Both the position numbers and the translations under genes were made by a program. Of a DNA stretch of 64,000 nt, positions 30,822 through 40,778 are shown in pieces. A model generated the notes under the pieces. That model ran no database searches. It was given only the letters and a program-made list of their open reading frames with translations, and was not told the origin of the DNA. The DNA comes from Nostoc sp. (GTDB taxonomy: Bacteria > Cyanobacteriota > Cyanobacteriia > Cyanobacteriales > Nostocaceae), in NCBI RefSeq assembly GCF_036917815.1, contig NZ_JBALEK010000098.1, forward strand, positions 1,915 to 65,914, in the 5' to 3' direction. Numbering within the stretch: position 1 is the stretch's first letter; each line of letters starts with the position of its first letter.

Positions 30822-31427
30822 TTATTTGAGTAGTAAATTTGGGTTTTTACCTCCTTGGAGTAACTTTGCAGCAGTAACGTGAATTCCAAACTGTTCTCCC
30901 AATTGCGCTCCCAAAGTTCCGTGAATGTATAATATTGCCACGATCGCCACGCCTGCTAATAAGTAACTCCACTGCACTTGTCTAGAAGCATCCTTGCGCC
31001 AGCGATAGCGTTGCAAACCTCTCCATACAGTCATGGCGGCGATCGCACCCAAGAGCAAAACGCCACCCAAACCATGCAAAAGCATCGTCCAACCGGTAGT
31101 TAAGCCCCAAACGCTCTTTTGATCAACTGGTGGAGTTGCTAGCAGTAGCTCAAAAAAACCAGCTGCAACGGTGAAAAAGCTGATAAAAGCGGCTCCGATG
31201 AGATTATACCAGCCGACATCAAAGAAACCAGAACGGAGGGCAGGCAGACCTAAAAATCTGAAGATTGGTTTTTCTAAAGTAAAAAACACTCCGGCAATAT
31301 CAAAAATAATGGCAATAATGAACAAACCCAATGTTAGATGCACCAATTGCGGATGTATGGGAATCTCATAAGGTAATCCGTTAGCATTCAGCTTTAATCT
31401 CAACTGTTCAATGAGTTGCCAGTTCAT
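30822..31427 (-). CDS. DUF2231-like membrane protein
   Basis: HPQLVH, LLH and IHG in 4 TMs; this type precedes cyanobacterial ARTO operons. Confidence 0.8.
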   Translation of the reverse strand: MNWQLIEQLRLKLNANGLPYEIPIHPQLVHLTLGLFIIAIIFDIAGVFFTLEKPIFRFLGLPALRSGFFDVGWYNLIGAAFISFFTVAAGFFELLLATPPVDQKSVWGLTTGWTMLLHGLGGVLLLGAIAAMTVWRGLQRYRWRKDASRQVQWSYLLAGVAIVAILYIHGTLGAQLGEQFGIHVTAAKLLQGGKNPNLLLK

Positions 31428-31930
31428 GGTGAAATTCCCTGCTTCATCCCTTGGACAACTGGCTCAATGTGTAACCCGTACACCCAAACTAGCTTACTGC
31501 CTAGATAGACTTGCAAGCACACTAAGCAGACTAAAAAGGTTGCAGCACCCAGATAAACAGGTGGTACTTTCCGTGGGGTGCGATCGCGAATTACAAAACG
31601 CCAACCTGTAATGGCAACGACAATCGCCGCCAACGACCAACCCATCACCGTATGAAAATTTAGTGTTGGTTGGACTGCTGGGTAAATGTTCGCCAAACCT
31701 GCTTCCAACTGACCAAAAATCACTGCGAAAAAGATGGCTGCTGAGGCAACAAACATATTCCAGAAACTTACCTCAAACAAACGCACGTTGCGAGTAAAAT
31801 AGCCCAGCACATCGCATACAAAGGAAAAAATCACCATTGCGATTACGAAGTGGACAATGACGGGATGTAGAGGATCGGGGTATGGTAAATCTTCCTTATT
31901 TAGAGATAGGGCATAAAAAACTTTTTCCAT
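31424..31930 (-). CDS. DUF2231-like membrane protein
   Basis: HPVIVHF, FHTVMG; 4-bp overlap with the next gene. Confidence 0.8.
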   Translation of the reverse strand: MEKVFYALSLNKEDLPYPDPLHPVIVHFVIAMVIFSFVCDVLGYFTRNVRLFEVSFWNMFVASAAIFFAVIFGQLEAGLANIYPAVQPTLNFHTVMGWSLAAIVVAITGWRFVIRDRTPRKVPPVYLGAATFLVCLVCLQVYLGSKLVWVYGLHIEPVVQGMKQGISP

Positions 31931-32070
31931 ACTTACTGTTTTTTAGTACTTATTTTTATCAAGTTTTAAAACTCACTAAATTAACCCTAGCTTTAGTTTA
32001 TATCATATCTAAACTGGTTTTTATAAAAACTAAAAAATCGTTATTTTTGATGACATTGGTTATTTGACAA

Positions 32071-32271
32071 GGGAGCATCTCACTTTCGGAAAAAATATCT
32101 AGCCCTGGCGAATAGGATGATGCCTCCAGCACGCCAAGGACAAATGCGGCTATAGGAGACTTTACCCACCGAACTGGGTTGACAATTTCTTGAGTCCGCG
32201 CAGGCGGAGGAGAGTTTGTGTAGCCGCGATTTCTCATCGCCAGGTATATTTGCACTCATTGAGATGCTCCC
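32071..32271. mobile_element. 201-bp MITE with 12-bp TIR and 9-bp TSD
   Basis: gggagcatctca / tgagatgctccc; TSD ATTTGACAA at 32062-32070 and 32272-32280. Confidence 0.9.
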
Positions 32272-32703
32272 ATTTGACAATAGCCTGAACCTGATTTTGA
32301 GGTAGGGGCAATTCATGAATTGCCCATACCTCAAGATACCTTAATATGGTTCTCTCATTTTGATTGTTTCACTAAAAGTTTTACCTTAATTAATCACCGA
32401 TGTTGCTCTGAATATACCATAAATTTTTCTTGACATTGATCCGATCTTTCCTACCAATAAAGACATCTTATTGTCACAGGAATGACAAATAATTGAAATA
32501 TCACAAAGTAATATACGATTTATCTTTCTCTAGATAGATTAGAAAAATACTAGGAATTTCTTAAGATAATCAAAAGTTTTGCTTTTTTAATCGATTTTGA
32601 TCGTCTAAATTTCCCAGGTGATACTACGCCCAAAAAGCAAAAATATCATGCAAGTCTTGAGTTACTCACAACAAATACAAGTTTTAAAACTATCCAAAGG
32701 ATT

Positions 32704-33253
32704 ATGAGCTATTCCCCTTACCTGCTTAAAGGTCAAAAAGCACTTGTAACGGGTGCTAGTTCCTGACTTTTCACGTTATGTGGAAAAGTCCACCAAAAAC
32801 CTAACCCCCTAACCCCCTTCCCTAGGAGGGAAGAGGGAAAATTCAAAGTCTCTCTCCTTAAAGGAAGAGAGAAATAGAAGTGAGGTTTTCCAGATGCCGT
32901 GAAAAGTCAGGTGCTAGTTCTGGCGTTGGTGAAGCGATCGCTCGCTATTTAGCTTTGTCAGGTGCAGCAGTAGCTATTAACTATCATTCGGAAGCTGAAT
33001 CAGCTCAAAAAGTTGTCGATGATATCAAAACAGCTAATGGTGAAGGTTTTGCTATTCAAGCTGATGTCAGCAAAGAAGACGAAATAAAGCCAATGTTCAG
33101 CCAGACTATCCAGCAAAACGAGTGGGTGATGTGGAAGATGTCGCCAAAGCAGCAGTTTGGCTGGCTTCTGATGACTCTGATTATGTCTATGGTACAACTC
33201 TGTTTGTAGACGGTGGTATGACTTTGTATCCAGGTTTTACAGAGAATGGTTAA
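32704..33253 (+). pseudogene. Glucose 1-dehydrogenase-like SDR pseudogene (MITE insertion, large internal deletion, frameshift)
   Basis: MSYSPYLLKGQKALVTGASS | MITE | GVGEAIA...QTIQQ, then a different frame gives RVGDVEDVAKAAVWLASDDSDYVYGTTLFVDGGMTLYPGFTENG*. The YxxxK core is missing. Confidence 0.88.
32763..32910. mobile_element. 148-bp MITE with ~25-bp imperfect TIR and 10-bp TSD
   Basis: ctgacttttcacg / cgtgaaaagtcag; TSD GTGCTAGTTC at 32753-32762 and 32911-32920; partial ends also at ~17931 and ~43596. Confidence 0.92.
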
Positions 33254-33330
33254 TTGAGCGGATACAAAAAAGGATACAGAGCAACTATATTTATTTTTGA
33301 ATTTGGAATTTGGAGTGAAGCGAGGCGACA

Positions 33331-35451
33331 ATGCCGACAAAAATTACTATCGATCCTGGTTTAATAACGATCAACGATGGTTCATCTTTTCTAGTAACAG
33401 CTAGTGATGGTTCCATAGATGAAGATTTACCTCAAGGTTTTTTTGTTTGGGACACACGCCTAATTTCTTACTACGAAATTTCTCTCAATCGCTACCGACT
33501 TTCGCTGCTAGCCTCTAGCAATATCACCCATCATAATGCGCTTTACCAATTCACCAATCCGCAACTTCCTACTATCAACGGTTCCTTACCTCCTGGTAGT
33601 TTGCTTGTAACTGTTCGGCGCGACATTGTGGAAGGGATGCATGAAGATATTGATATAACTAACTATCACAGTGAAGCTGTTGAGTTTCAATTAATGCTAG
33701 CTGTGCGCTCTGATTTTGCGGACATTTTTGATGTCAAATCACAGCAAATATTAACGCGGGGTGACATAGAAACCAAATGGGAAAATGGTGTACTCAGGAC
33801 TGAGTATCAGAACGGCTCTTTCTTGCGAGGTATTGTGATTGAGCCAGTTTGTGGTACTTCTGAGCCACGCTATGCCAATGGTCGTTTAATGTTTGATGTG
33901 ACGATACCTCCTGGCAAGACATGGCACACTTGTATCAACTTTACAGCCTTAGCCGATGGAAAAATCTTTGAACCTCAAAATACCTGCTCTGTGCCTCACA
34001 ATACAAAAGCCGGAAAGGTTAGGGATGAGTTTCTGACTAATGCCACAAAGTTGCGATCGTCGAATGCTGAGATTCAGGAATTTTATCAGCAAGCGATCGC
34101 GGATATGGGAGCGCTACGAATTGAGGTGGATGATAATGGACATCAATTTTGGATGCCTGCTGCTGGTATTCCCTGGTTTGTTGCCGTTTTTGGCCGTGAC
34201 TCAATAATTGCTAGCTTACAAGCGATCGCAGTTTATCATGAATTTGCCCGTGGCACCTTACTGAAACTGGCTCAACTCCAAGCAACTGAGTTGGATGATT
34301 GGCACGATGCTCAACCGGGTAAGATGCTGCACGAACTGCGGCGTGATGAGTTAACTACATTAAACCTACTTCCATATCATCCCTACTACGGAACAGTAGA
34401 TACTACCATCCTGTGGATTGTTACTTTAGCTGAAGCCTATAACTGGAACGCCGATGTCAGTATGCTTGATGAGTGTCGAGCGCCACTGGAAAATGCCCTA
34501 AATTGGATTGACAAATACGGCGACTTTGACGGCGATGGCTTTGTTGAGTATTTAACTCATTCCTCAAAAGGATTACGCAATCAAGGTTGGAAAGATTCGG
34601 GTGACGCAATAGTTTACCCAAATGGTGAGTTAGTTGAGCCGCCAATTGCTTTGTGTGAAGTCCAAGGCTATGTTTATGATGCGTGGCTAAGGGCAGCTTT
34701 AATTTATGAAGTCTGGGGAGAAAAAGAACAGGCGCAAAAGCTGCGTCAAAAAGCCGAAGAACTCTATCAACGATTTAACGATCGCTTTTGGATGGAATCT
34801 GAAGGTTTTTACTGTTTAGGATTAGACGACAAAAAGCAGCAAATTCAATCAATTTCCTCAAATCCTGGTCATCTACTCTGGTCTGCGATCGTCCCACCGG
34901 AACGAGCAAAAAAACTTGTTAACCGACTTTTCCAACCAGATATGTGGTGTGGTTGGGGTGTGCGGACACTTTCATCGGAAAATCTGGCATATAACCCGAT
35001 TAGTTATCAACGGGGTAGTGTTTGGCCTCATGATAACTCGATCATCGCGGCGGGATTAAAAAACTATGGCTATCACCAAGAAGCTAACCGCATTGCTGAG
35101 GGGATTTTTGCTGCGGCTAGTTATTTTCAAGCTGGGCGAATGCCAGAATTGTTTGCCGGAATTGAACGCCAAGATGATAACTTTCCCGTCCCCTATCCAG
35201 ATGCTAATATACCCCAGGCTTGGGCTGCTGGTTCAATTTTCTTACTCATTCGTACCATTTTAGGACTCAAAGCCGATGCTTCCAAACAACAGTTAAAAGT
35301 ACAGCCGAATCTACCAGATTGCTTACCCGATTTAGAACTCACAAATTTGTCAGTGGGAGACGCTAGAGTGGGATTGCGCTTTTGGCGTGATGGCGAACAA
35401 ACCCAATGGGAAGTTACCCATGTCGATGGTGAATTAGAAGTTTCTACATAA
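33331..35451 (+). CDS. Amylo-alpha-1,6-glucosidase / glycogen-debranching family protein
   Basis: AGIPWF..FGRDS, PGKMLHE, QGWKDS, EVQGYVY, YQRGSVWPHDN, QAWAAG. Confidence 0.9.
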   Translation: MPTKITIDPGLITINDGSSFLVTASDGSIDEDLPQGFFVWDTRLISYYEISLNRYRLSLLASSNITHHNALYQFTNPQLPTINGSLPPGSLLVTVRRDIVEGMHEDIDITNYHSEAVEFQLMLAVRSDFADIFDVKSQQILTRGDIETKWENGVLRTEYQNGSFLRGIVIEPVCGTSEPRYANGRLMFDVTIPPGKTWHTCINFTALADGKIFEPQNTCSVPHNTKAGKVRDEFLTNATKLRSSNAEIQEFYQQAIADMGALRIEVDDNGHQFWMPAAGIPWFVAVFGRDSIIASLQAIAVYHEFARGTLLKLAQLQATELDDWHDAQPGKMLHELRRDELTTLNLLPYHPYYGTVDTTILWIVTLAEAYNWNADVSMLDECRAPLENALNWIDKYGDFDGDGFVEYLTHSSKGLRNQGWKDSGDAIVYPNGELVEPPIALCEVQGYVYDAWLRAALIYEVWGEKEQAQKLRQKAEELYQRFNDRFWMESEGFYCLGLDDKKQQIQSISSNPGHLLWSAIVPPERAKKLVNRLFQPDMWCGWGVRTLSSENLAYNPISYQRGSVWPHDNSIIAAGLKNYGYHQEANRIAEGIFAAASYFQAGRMPELFAGIERQDDNFPVPYPDANIPQAWAAGSIFLLIRTILGLKADASKQQLKVQPNLPDCLPDLELTNLSVGDARVGLRFWRDGEQTQWEVTHVDGELEVST

Positions 35452-35466
35452 TTATTATTTGCTCTT

Positions 35467-36405
35467 ATGGGATCTGATTCATCTAATAAAACTATATATG
35501 CAGCGATGGGTGCTAACTTAGCGATCGCTATTACGAAATTTATCGCCGCCTCCATTACTGGCAGTTCCGCCATGATGTCTGAAGGGATTCATTCGGTGGT
35601 AGATACTGGCGATCAACTAGTACTTTTGCTGGGAATTCGCCGGAGCAAAAAACCCGCAGATGATAGCCATCCCTTTGGTTATGGTCAAGAACTTTATTTC
35701 TGGACTTTCATCGTTGCCATCCTGATCTTTGCCATTGGCGGCGGGATGTCAATTTATGAAGGAATCACTCATTTAATTAATCCTAGTCCTTTAGAAAACC
35801 CAATGTGGAATTATATTGTGTTATCTATGGCAATATTATTGGAGGGTTTTTCTTGGACTGTAGCTTTAAGAGAGTTTTTGCCGACCAAGGGTAAACAAAA
35901 TTTCTGGCAAGCAATCAAAAGCAGTAAAGACCCCACAGTATTGACAATATTATTTGAGGATACTGCGGCAATTTTAGGTTTATTCGTTGCCTTAATAGGA
36001 ATCTTTTTAGGACATTTATTTAATAATGTTTATTTTGATGGCATCGCCTCGATTATTATTGGTATTATCTTGGCTGTAGTAGCAGTAGTATTAGCGAGAG
36101 AGAGTAAAGGATTATTAGTTGGTGAAAGTGCCGATCCTCAAACTATAGCTAATATCCGTTCTTTGTCGAAAACCGAACCAGGAGTGAAAGAAGTTATCCG
36201 GGTACTAACAATGCAGCTTGCTCCACAGGAAGTATTACTCAATTTGGAAATTCAATTTTCTCAAAATCTCACAGGTGAGGAGATAGCATTAACTGTAGAA
36301 AGTTTAGAAGTAAAAATTAGCCAAAAACATCCTGAAATAAAACAAATTTTTATTGAAGCCAAATCATTAACTGCCGCTCGGAGATTTTCTCAAGCTTCTC
36401 AATAA
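35467..36405 (+). CDS. Cation diffusion facilitator family transporter
   Basis: SEGIHSVVD, HPFGYG, FEDTAA; 6 TMs plus C-terminal domain. Confidence 0.9.
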   Translation: MGSDSSNKTIYAAMGANLAIAITKFIAASITGSSAMMSEGIHSVVDTGDQLVLLLGIRRSKKPADDSHPFGYGQELYFWTFIVAILIFAIGGGMSIYEGITHLINPSPLENPMWNYIVLSMAILLEGFSWTVALREFLPTKGKQNFWQAIKSSKDPTVLTILFEDTAAILGLFVALIGIFLGHLFNNVYFDGIASIIIGIILAVVAVVLARESKGLLVGESADPQTIANIRSLSKTEPGVKEVIRVLTMQLAPQEVLLNLEIQFSQNLTGEEIALTVESLEVKISQKHPEIKQIFIEAKSLTAARRFSQASQ

Positions 36406-36612
36406 TTTTTTAATCACATAAATATGAACTACAGCATTTTCAAACAGTACTTAAGTAAAGGGTGGTGCGTTACGTCAGCCGTAACACACCCTACAAATAC
36501 TTAGATTTTTTCACTGCTGGGCAAACCCTTCAACCCTTCTTTGGGCGATTCGTATTTCCCGCTCCTTGTTTGTGGTAGGCATCAAATAACTCATTCCAAA
36601 TAAAAGGCACAA

Positions 36613-37251
36613 TTAAATATTATCCCGCAGCCAATTTCTAAAAGCTTGAATTGCTTGGCTGCTACCAACAACTTGACTTTGCTGGACGTATTGATTTACT
36701 AGCTCAATTATCGGAATATCTGGAAAAGTCGGACTAAAATTTGACTCTACATATTTTCCATCTTGCAAGATGTTAATTTGTAAGCCTTGTTTTCCATATC
36801 GCCAAAGTTCTGGTACTCCCAAAACTTGGTAATTATCCAATTGCGTGCGAGAAGTTAAATCAATTTCTATAGCTAAATCTGGGGATGGGTCTACACTTAA
36901 ATTTATGCGATTTTTACCAATAACTGCCGCTTGATTTTGAATGTAAAAACAAGTATCCGGTTCTACTCCCTGACTCATTTTTTCGTTTTTTAGGGTGGTT
37001 GAACCTAAAGCATCATAATTGATACTTAGTTCATTCAGTAAAATTTTGACTATATCGCCAATAATTTCTTTGGCTTTTTCATGTTCGGGTAAGGGAACCA
37101 TAATTTCTAAAAAACCATGACTATAGGAAATTCTGGCAGCGCGATGTTCTCCTAATTCCGCCAAAATATTTTCAAATTGCTGCCAGCTAACGTCCTCAAG
37201 TAACAGTTGCTGTCCCGGTTGAATCCTCAATTGTCTTAACTCTAAAAGCAT
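36613..37251 (-). CDS. Uma2-family (PD-(D/E)xK) endonuclease-like protein
   Basis: LEIMVPLPEHE, EPDTCFYI, PDLAIEID, LGVPELW. Confidence 0.9.
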   Translation of the reverse strand: MLLELRQLRIQPGQQLLLEDVSWQQFENILAELGEHRAARISYSHGFLEIMVPLPEHEKAKEIIGDIVKILLNELSINYDALGSTTLKNEKMSQGVEPDTCFYIQNQAAVIGKNRINLSVDPSPDLAIEIDLTSRTQLDNYQVLGVPELWRYGKQGLQINILQDGKYVESNFSPTFPDIPIIELVNQYVQQSQVVGSSQAIQAFRNWLRDNI

Positions 37252-37460
37252 AAAGATTCATCCAACTCTTTGACTACAATATATCGACCCCGCAAGACAC
37301 TAATTGCCGTATTCATCTCAAACATCGGCACAAAACGGGCAATTTCCCCAGTAGTTGTTTGTCGCCAGCATTCACTCGGCATCGGGTTGAGCCAAGTCAA
37401 ATAACGCACCGACTGCTGTAACTGCTCAATCCATACCTTAGTATTATCAACCCGTTCTTG
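37242..37460 (-). pseudogene. C-terminal fragment resembling a VWA-CoxE-like protein, interrupted by the IS605 element
   Basis: QERVDNTKVWIEQLQQSVRYLTWLNPMPSECWRQTTTGEIARFVPMFEMNTAISVLRG...; continues in frame as YAGAAPEIVD across the IS (38224-38253). Family call is from recall. Confidence 0.55.
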
Positions 37461-37499
37461 TTGACATCCTCCCCGCCGTGAACGATCGGGGATTCCAAT

Positions 37500-37799
37500 C
37501 TAATCAAACAGACTTAACTGTATGAATTCCTGGTGGGTTGACGCTTCACAGGATGCTGCTACCTTTGCGCGAAAGTGTCCACGGGGATACTCCCCGGTGG
37601 CGCATTTCGCGATAGTCTGACGCTTTCCTCCACGTCCGTTTTGAGTTTCCGAATGTCCTCCGGCAACTTTAATATTAACTGCGGCGTTCACGTCCCTATC
37701 GTGAGTGGATTCGCAATTCAAGCAAATCCATTGACGAATTGAAAGGTCGAGCTTACCACCCCTAAATCCGCAGGATGAACAAGTTTGACTCGTTGGCTT
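37500..37799 (-). pseudogene. tnpB: tnpB C-terminal remnant
   Basis: KPTSQTCSSCG..WICLNC..HDRDVNAAVNI; the upstream part is deleted and the remnant abuts the tnpA ATG. Confidence 0.9.
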
Positions 37800-37802
37800 A
37801 CT

Positions 37803-38186
37803 ATGAATAAAGAATATAGACGTGGCAAACACAGTGTTACATCGCTTAAGTCTCATTTGGTCTTCGTTACCAAGTATCGTAAAAAGATATTTGATGCCCA
37901 ACGACTAGAAGTGCTGATTCAATCATTCTTTGAAGTCGCGAAAAAGATGGATTTTAGTATTCTTGAAGTTAATGGGGAAGGCGACCATGTTCATTTACTG
38001 GTTGAGTATTCTGTGTCTCAACTAGTGAACCACCTCAAGGGCGTATCTTCGAGGATCTACCGTAAACACTTTACAGACTCACCCCACGCCGAACATCTTT
38101 GGAGTCCTTCTTACTTTGCGTGTTCTGTGGGAGGAGCGCCGATTGAAGTGTTGAAGGAGTATATTAAGAATCAAAGCCGCCCGTAG
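37803..38186 (+). CDS. tnpA: IS200/IS605 Y1 (HUH) transposase TnpA, possibly defective
   Basis: HLVFVTKYR, HVH, KGVSSR, LWSPSYF, EYIKNQ; appears to lack ~4 residues (usually PPxx) after LVEY. Confidence 0.88.
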   Translation: MNKEYRRGKHSVTSLKSHLVFVTKYRKKIFDAQRLEVLIQSFFEVAKKMDFSILEVNGEGDHVHLLVEYSVSQLVNHLKGVSSRIYRKHFTDSPHAEHLWSPSYFACSVGGAPIEVLKEYIKNQSRP

Positions 38187-38484
38187 CGCAGCTATTGGGC
38201 GGGGCTTGTATCCCATTCTTTTGGTCAACAATCTCAGGTGCTGCCCCCGCATAGACCTAACCCCCAGAAGGGGAGCAAGATTCAAAGCCTCTCTCCTTTT
38301 AGGAGAGAGGTCAAAGTGTATTGCATCGATTCGAGAACCGCTATAGAATGTCCGACACGCCAAGGGCGAACCTACAACACAAAACTTAGTCCACCTCTGT
38401 CGACTAAGAAAAAATAATAGTTTTTAACCTGCGGAGGCAGGTTTTGTCTGTGTAGCCGCGACTTCTAGTCGCCAGGGCTAGTAA

Positions 38485-40611
38485 CTAACCGATCAAGCGT
38501 AAAACCATCAGAGAGCGATCTGTAACTGGTACACTTTGAGAACCCGAAACTAATTTTCCGCGATCTAAAAAGCGAGGTTCATTAGTGTCAATTACTATCT
38601 CCCATACCTTTTCTTTAAATTCATTGGGTAAAGCAAACTCAATTAACTCGTAGTGAGCGTTAAAAAATACCAGAAAACTTTCATCAATAATCCGCTCACC
38701 ACGAGTCCCTGGAGTAGCAATTCCCTGACCATTCAAAAAAATCTCCATTACTTTGGCATAACTAACTAGCCACTGCTTCTCAGTCATTTCACTACCATCA
38801 GCATTAAACCAAGCAATATCATTAATACCTAAACCGTGGATGGGGCGACCTTGAAACCACTTGCGCCGTCGAAATACTGGATGCTGATGACGAAAATCAA
38901 TTAGTTCACGTGTGAAATATAATAGATCCGAGTTCGCTTTTTGCAAATCCCAATGCCGCCAGGAAATCTCATTATCTTGGCAGTAAACATTATTATTTCC
39001 CTTTTGACTACAGCCAATTTCATCTCCCTCTAATAGCATGGGGACACCTTGAGATAGCATTAGGGTTGCTAAAAAGTTTCGTCGTTGTCGTTCGCGCAAA
39101 CGTATTACTTCTGTATCGTCAGTTTCGCCTTCTACACCACAATTCCAGGATCTATTATGGCTTTCACCATCTCTATTTTCTTCCCCATTTGCCTGGTTAT
39201 GCTTTTCGTTGTAGCTGACCAAATCATTTAATGTGAAACCATCATGAGCAGTCACGAAATTAATACTTGCATTTGGGTTGCGCCCGTTTGTTTGATATAA
39301 GTCAGGGCTACCAGTAAAACAGTAAGCAAATTGTCCTAAACTATCATCTACGCCACGCCAAAAATCTCTCACTGTATCCCGATATCTACCATTCCACTCA
39401 GACCAACGCAATGGAAAGTTCCCGACTTGATAACCTCCTTCTCCTAAATCCCAAGGTTCAGCAATGAGCTTCACATCTGCCAAAATTGGGTCTTGATGAA
39501 TAATATCAAAGAAAGCTGATAGGTTATCTACCTCATATAATTCCCGTGCCAGCGCTGAAGCCAAATCAAATCGGAAGCCATCTACGTGCATTTCTGTTAC
39601 CCAATAGCGCAGGCTATCCATAATTAACTTCAGAACTTGAGCATGACGCACATTCAGAGAGTTACCGCAGCCTGTAAAATCCATGTAGTAGCGAGGATTA
39701 TCTTTTACCAAACGGTAATATACAGAGTTATCAATACCTCGCAAAGATAGCGTTGGCCCAAAATGATTTCCTTCGCCAGTGTGGTTGTAGACCACATCTA
39801 AAATCACTTCAATTCCAGCAAAATGTAGTGCCTTGACCATTTGCTTGAATTCAGTAACTTGTTGACCCACAGTTCCACTAGAACTATAACTAGAATAGGG
39901 GGCAAAATAGTTGATGGAATCGTAGCCCCAGTAATTCTTTAATCCTTTATCTTCTAAATGTCCAGGATGAGAGAGAAAGTGATGTACTGGCATTAACTCA
40001 ACTGCTGTGATTCCTAATTGCTGTAAGTGTTGAATTGCAGCTGGATGAGCCAAACCAGCATAAGTTCCACGCAACTCTTCTGGAATACCTGGATGTAGTT
40101 TAGTAAAACCTTTGACGTGAGTTTCATAAATAACAGTTGTATGCCAAGGTGTACCAAGGAGTTGATCGTCTTCCCAATTAAAGGATTGATCAACCACAAC
40201 ACATTTAGGCATTATTTTGGCATCATCTAATTCAGAAAAAACTAAGTCTTTTTCCTGAGCATCTAGAGAGTAGCCAAACACAGATGGATCATTACTAAAC
40301 TCACCGTCAATTGCCTTAGCATAGGGGTCAATTAATAGTTTGTTTGGATTAAATCGATGACCTACCTCTGGTGCCCACATCCCATGCACTCTAAATCCAT
40401 ACTTTTGACCTGGGCCAACTCCTGGTAAGTAACCATGCCAAACAAAATTGTTTTTCTCTGTCAAAGGTAAGCGAGTTTCTTGGTCATCGTTATCAAATAA
40501 ACAAAGCTCTACCCCTGTTGCATTTTCCGAAAATAAAGCAAAGTTTGTCCCTTTACCATCCCAAGTTGCACCTAAAGGATATACATTCCCTGGCCATAAA
40601 GATACATACAT
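38485..40611 (-). CDS. glgX: Glycogen debranching enzyme GlgX (GH13_11)
   Basis: PLGATWDGKGTNF, NYWGY, DVVYNHT, DGFRFDLA, AEPWD, TAHDGF. Confidence 0.96.
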   Translation of the reverse strand: MYVSLWPGNVYPLGATWDGKGTNFALFSENATGVELCLFDNDDQETRLPLTEKNNFVWHGYLPGVGPGQKYGFRVHGMWAPEVGHRFNPNKLLIDPYAKAIDGEFSNDPSVFGYSLDAQEKDLVFSELDDAKIMPKCVVVDQSFNWEDDQLLGTPWHTTVIYETHVKGFTKLHPGIPEELRGTYAGLAHPAAIQHLQQLGITAVELMPVHHFLSHPGHLEDKGLKNYWGYDSINYFAPYSSYSSSGTVGQQVTEFKQMVKALHFAGIEVILDVVYNHTGEGNHFGPTLSLRGIDNSVYYRLVKDNPRYYMDFTGCGNSLNVRHAQVLKLIMDSLRYWVTEMHVDGFRFDLASALARELYEVDNLSAFFDIIHQDPILADVKLIAEPWDLGEGGYQVGNFPLRWSEWNGRYRDTVRDFWRGVDDSLGQFAYCFTGSPDLYQTNGRNPNASINFVTAHDGFTLNDLVSYNEKHNQANGEENRDGESHNRSWNCGVEGETDDTEVIRLRERQRRNFLATLMLSQGVPMLLEGDEIGCSQKGNNNVYCQDNEISWRHWDLQKANSDLLYFTRELIDFRHQHPVFRRRKWFQGRPIHGLGINDIAWFNADGSEMTEKQWLVSYAKVMEIFLNGQGIATPGTRGERIIDESFLVFFNAHYELIEFALPNEFKEKVWEIVIDTNEPRFLDRGKLVSGSQSVPVTDRSLMVLRLIG

Positions 40612-40627
40612 AATGTTCTGAATAATT

Positions 40628-40778
40628 TATAGTAATCCGGTTTTATTTCTGAAAAAATTAAGTATTTGTCGGGTGCGTTATGACTTGAGTCTAACGCACC
40701 AAACCCTCGAAAATGGTGCCGTACTCTCGGCGATAACACACCCTACGTGTTGTTCAAAAATCAAATAGTAATCCTATA
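40628..40778. mobile_element. ~150-bp TATAG-ended MITE-like repeat; second copy at 54168-54486
   Basis: Near-identical internal sequence (aacgcaccaaacc..ggtgccgtactctcggcgataacacaccctac) in both copies. Confidence 0.8.

Larger units (their letters stand above)
37461..38223 (-). mobile_element. Internally deleted IS605-type element (tnpA plus tnpB 3' remnant)
   Basis: Right end ...GATGTCAA at 37461 with hairpin; left end CAAAAGAATGGG preceded by TTGAC (38224-38228); hairpin gccgccc..gggcgggg. Confidence 0.85.

Noticed and set aside
32880-33209. 109-aa ORF as an intact SDR
   Set aside because: It begins inside a MITE and shifts out of the SDR frame; it is part of the pseudogene.
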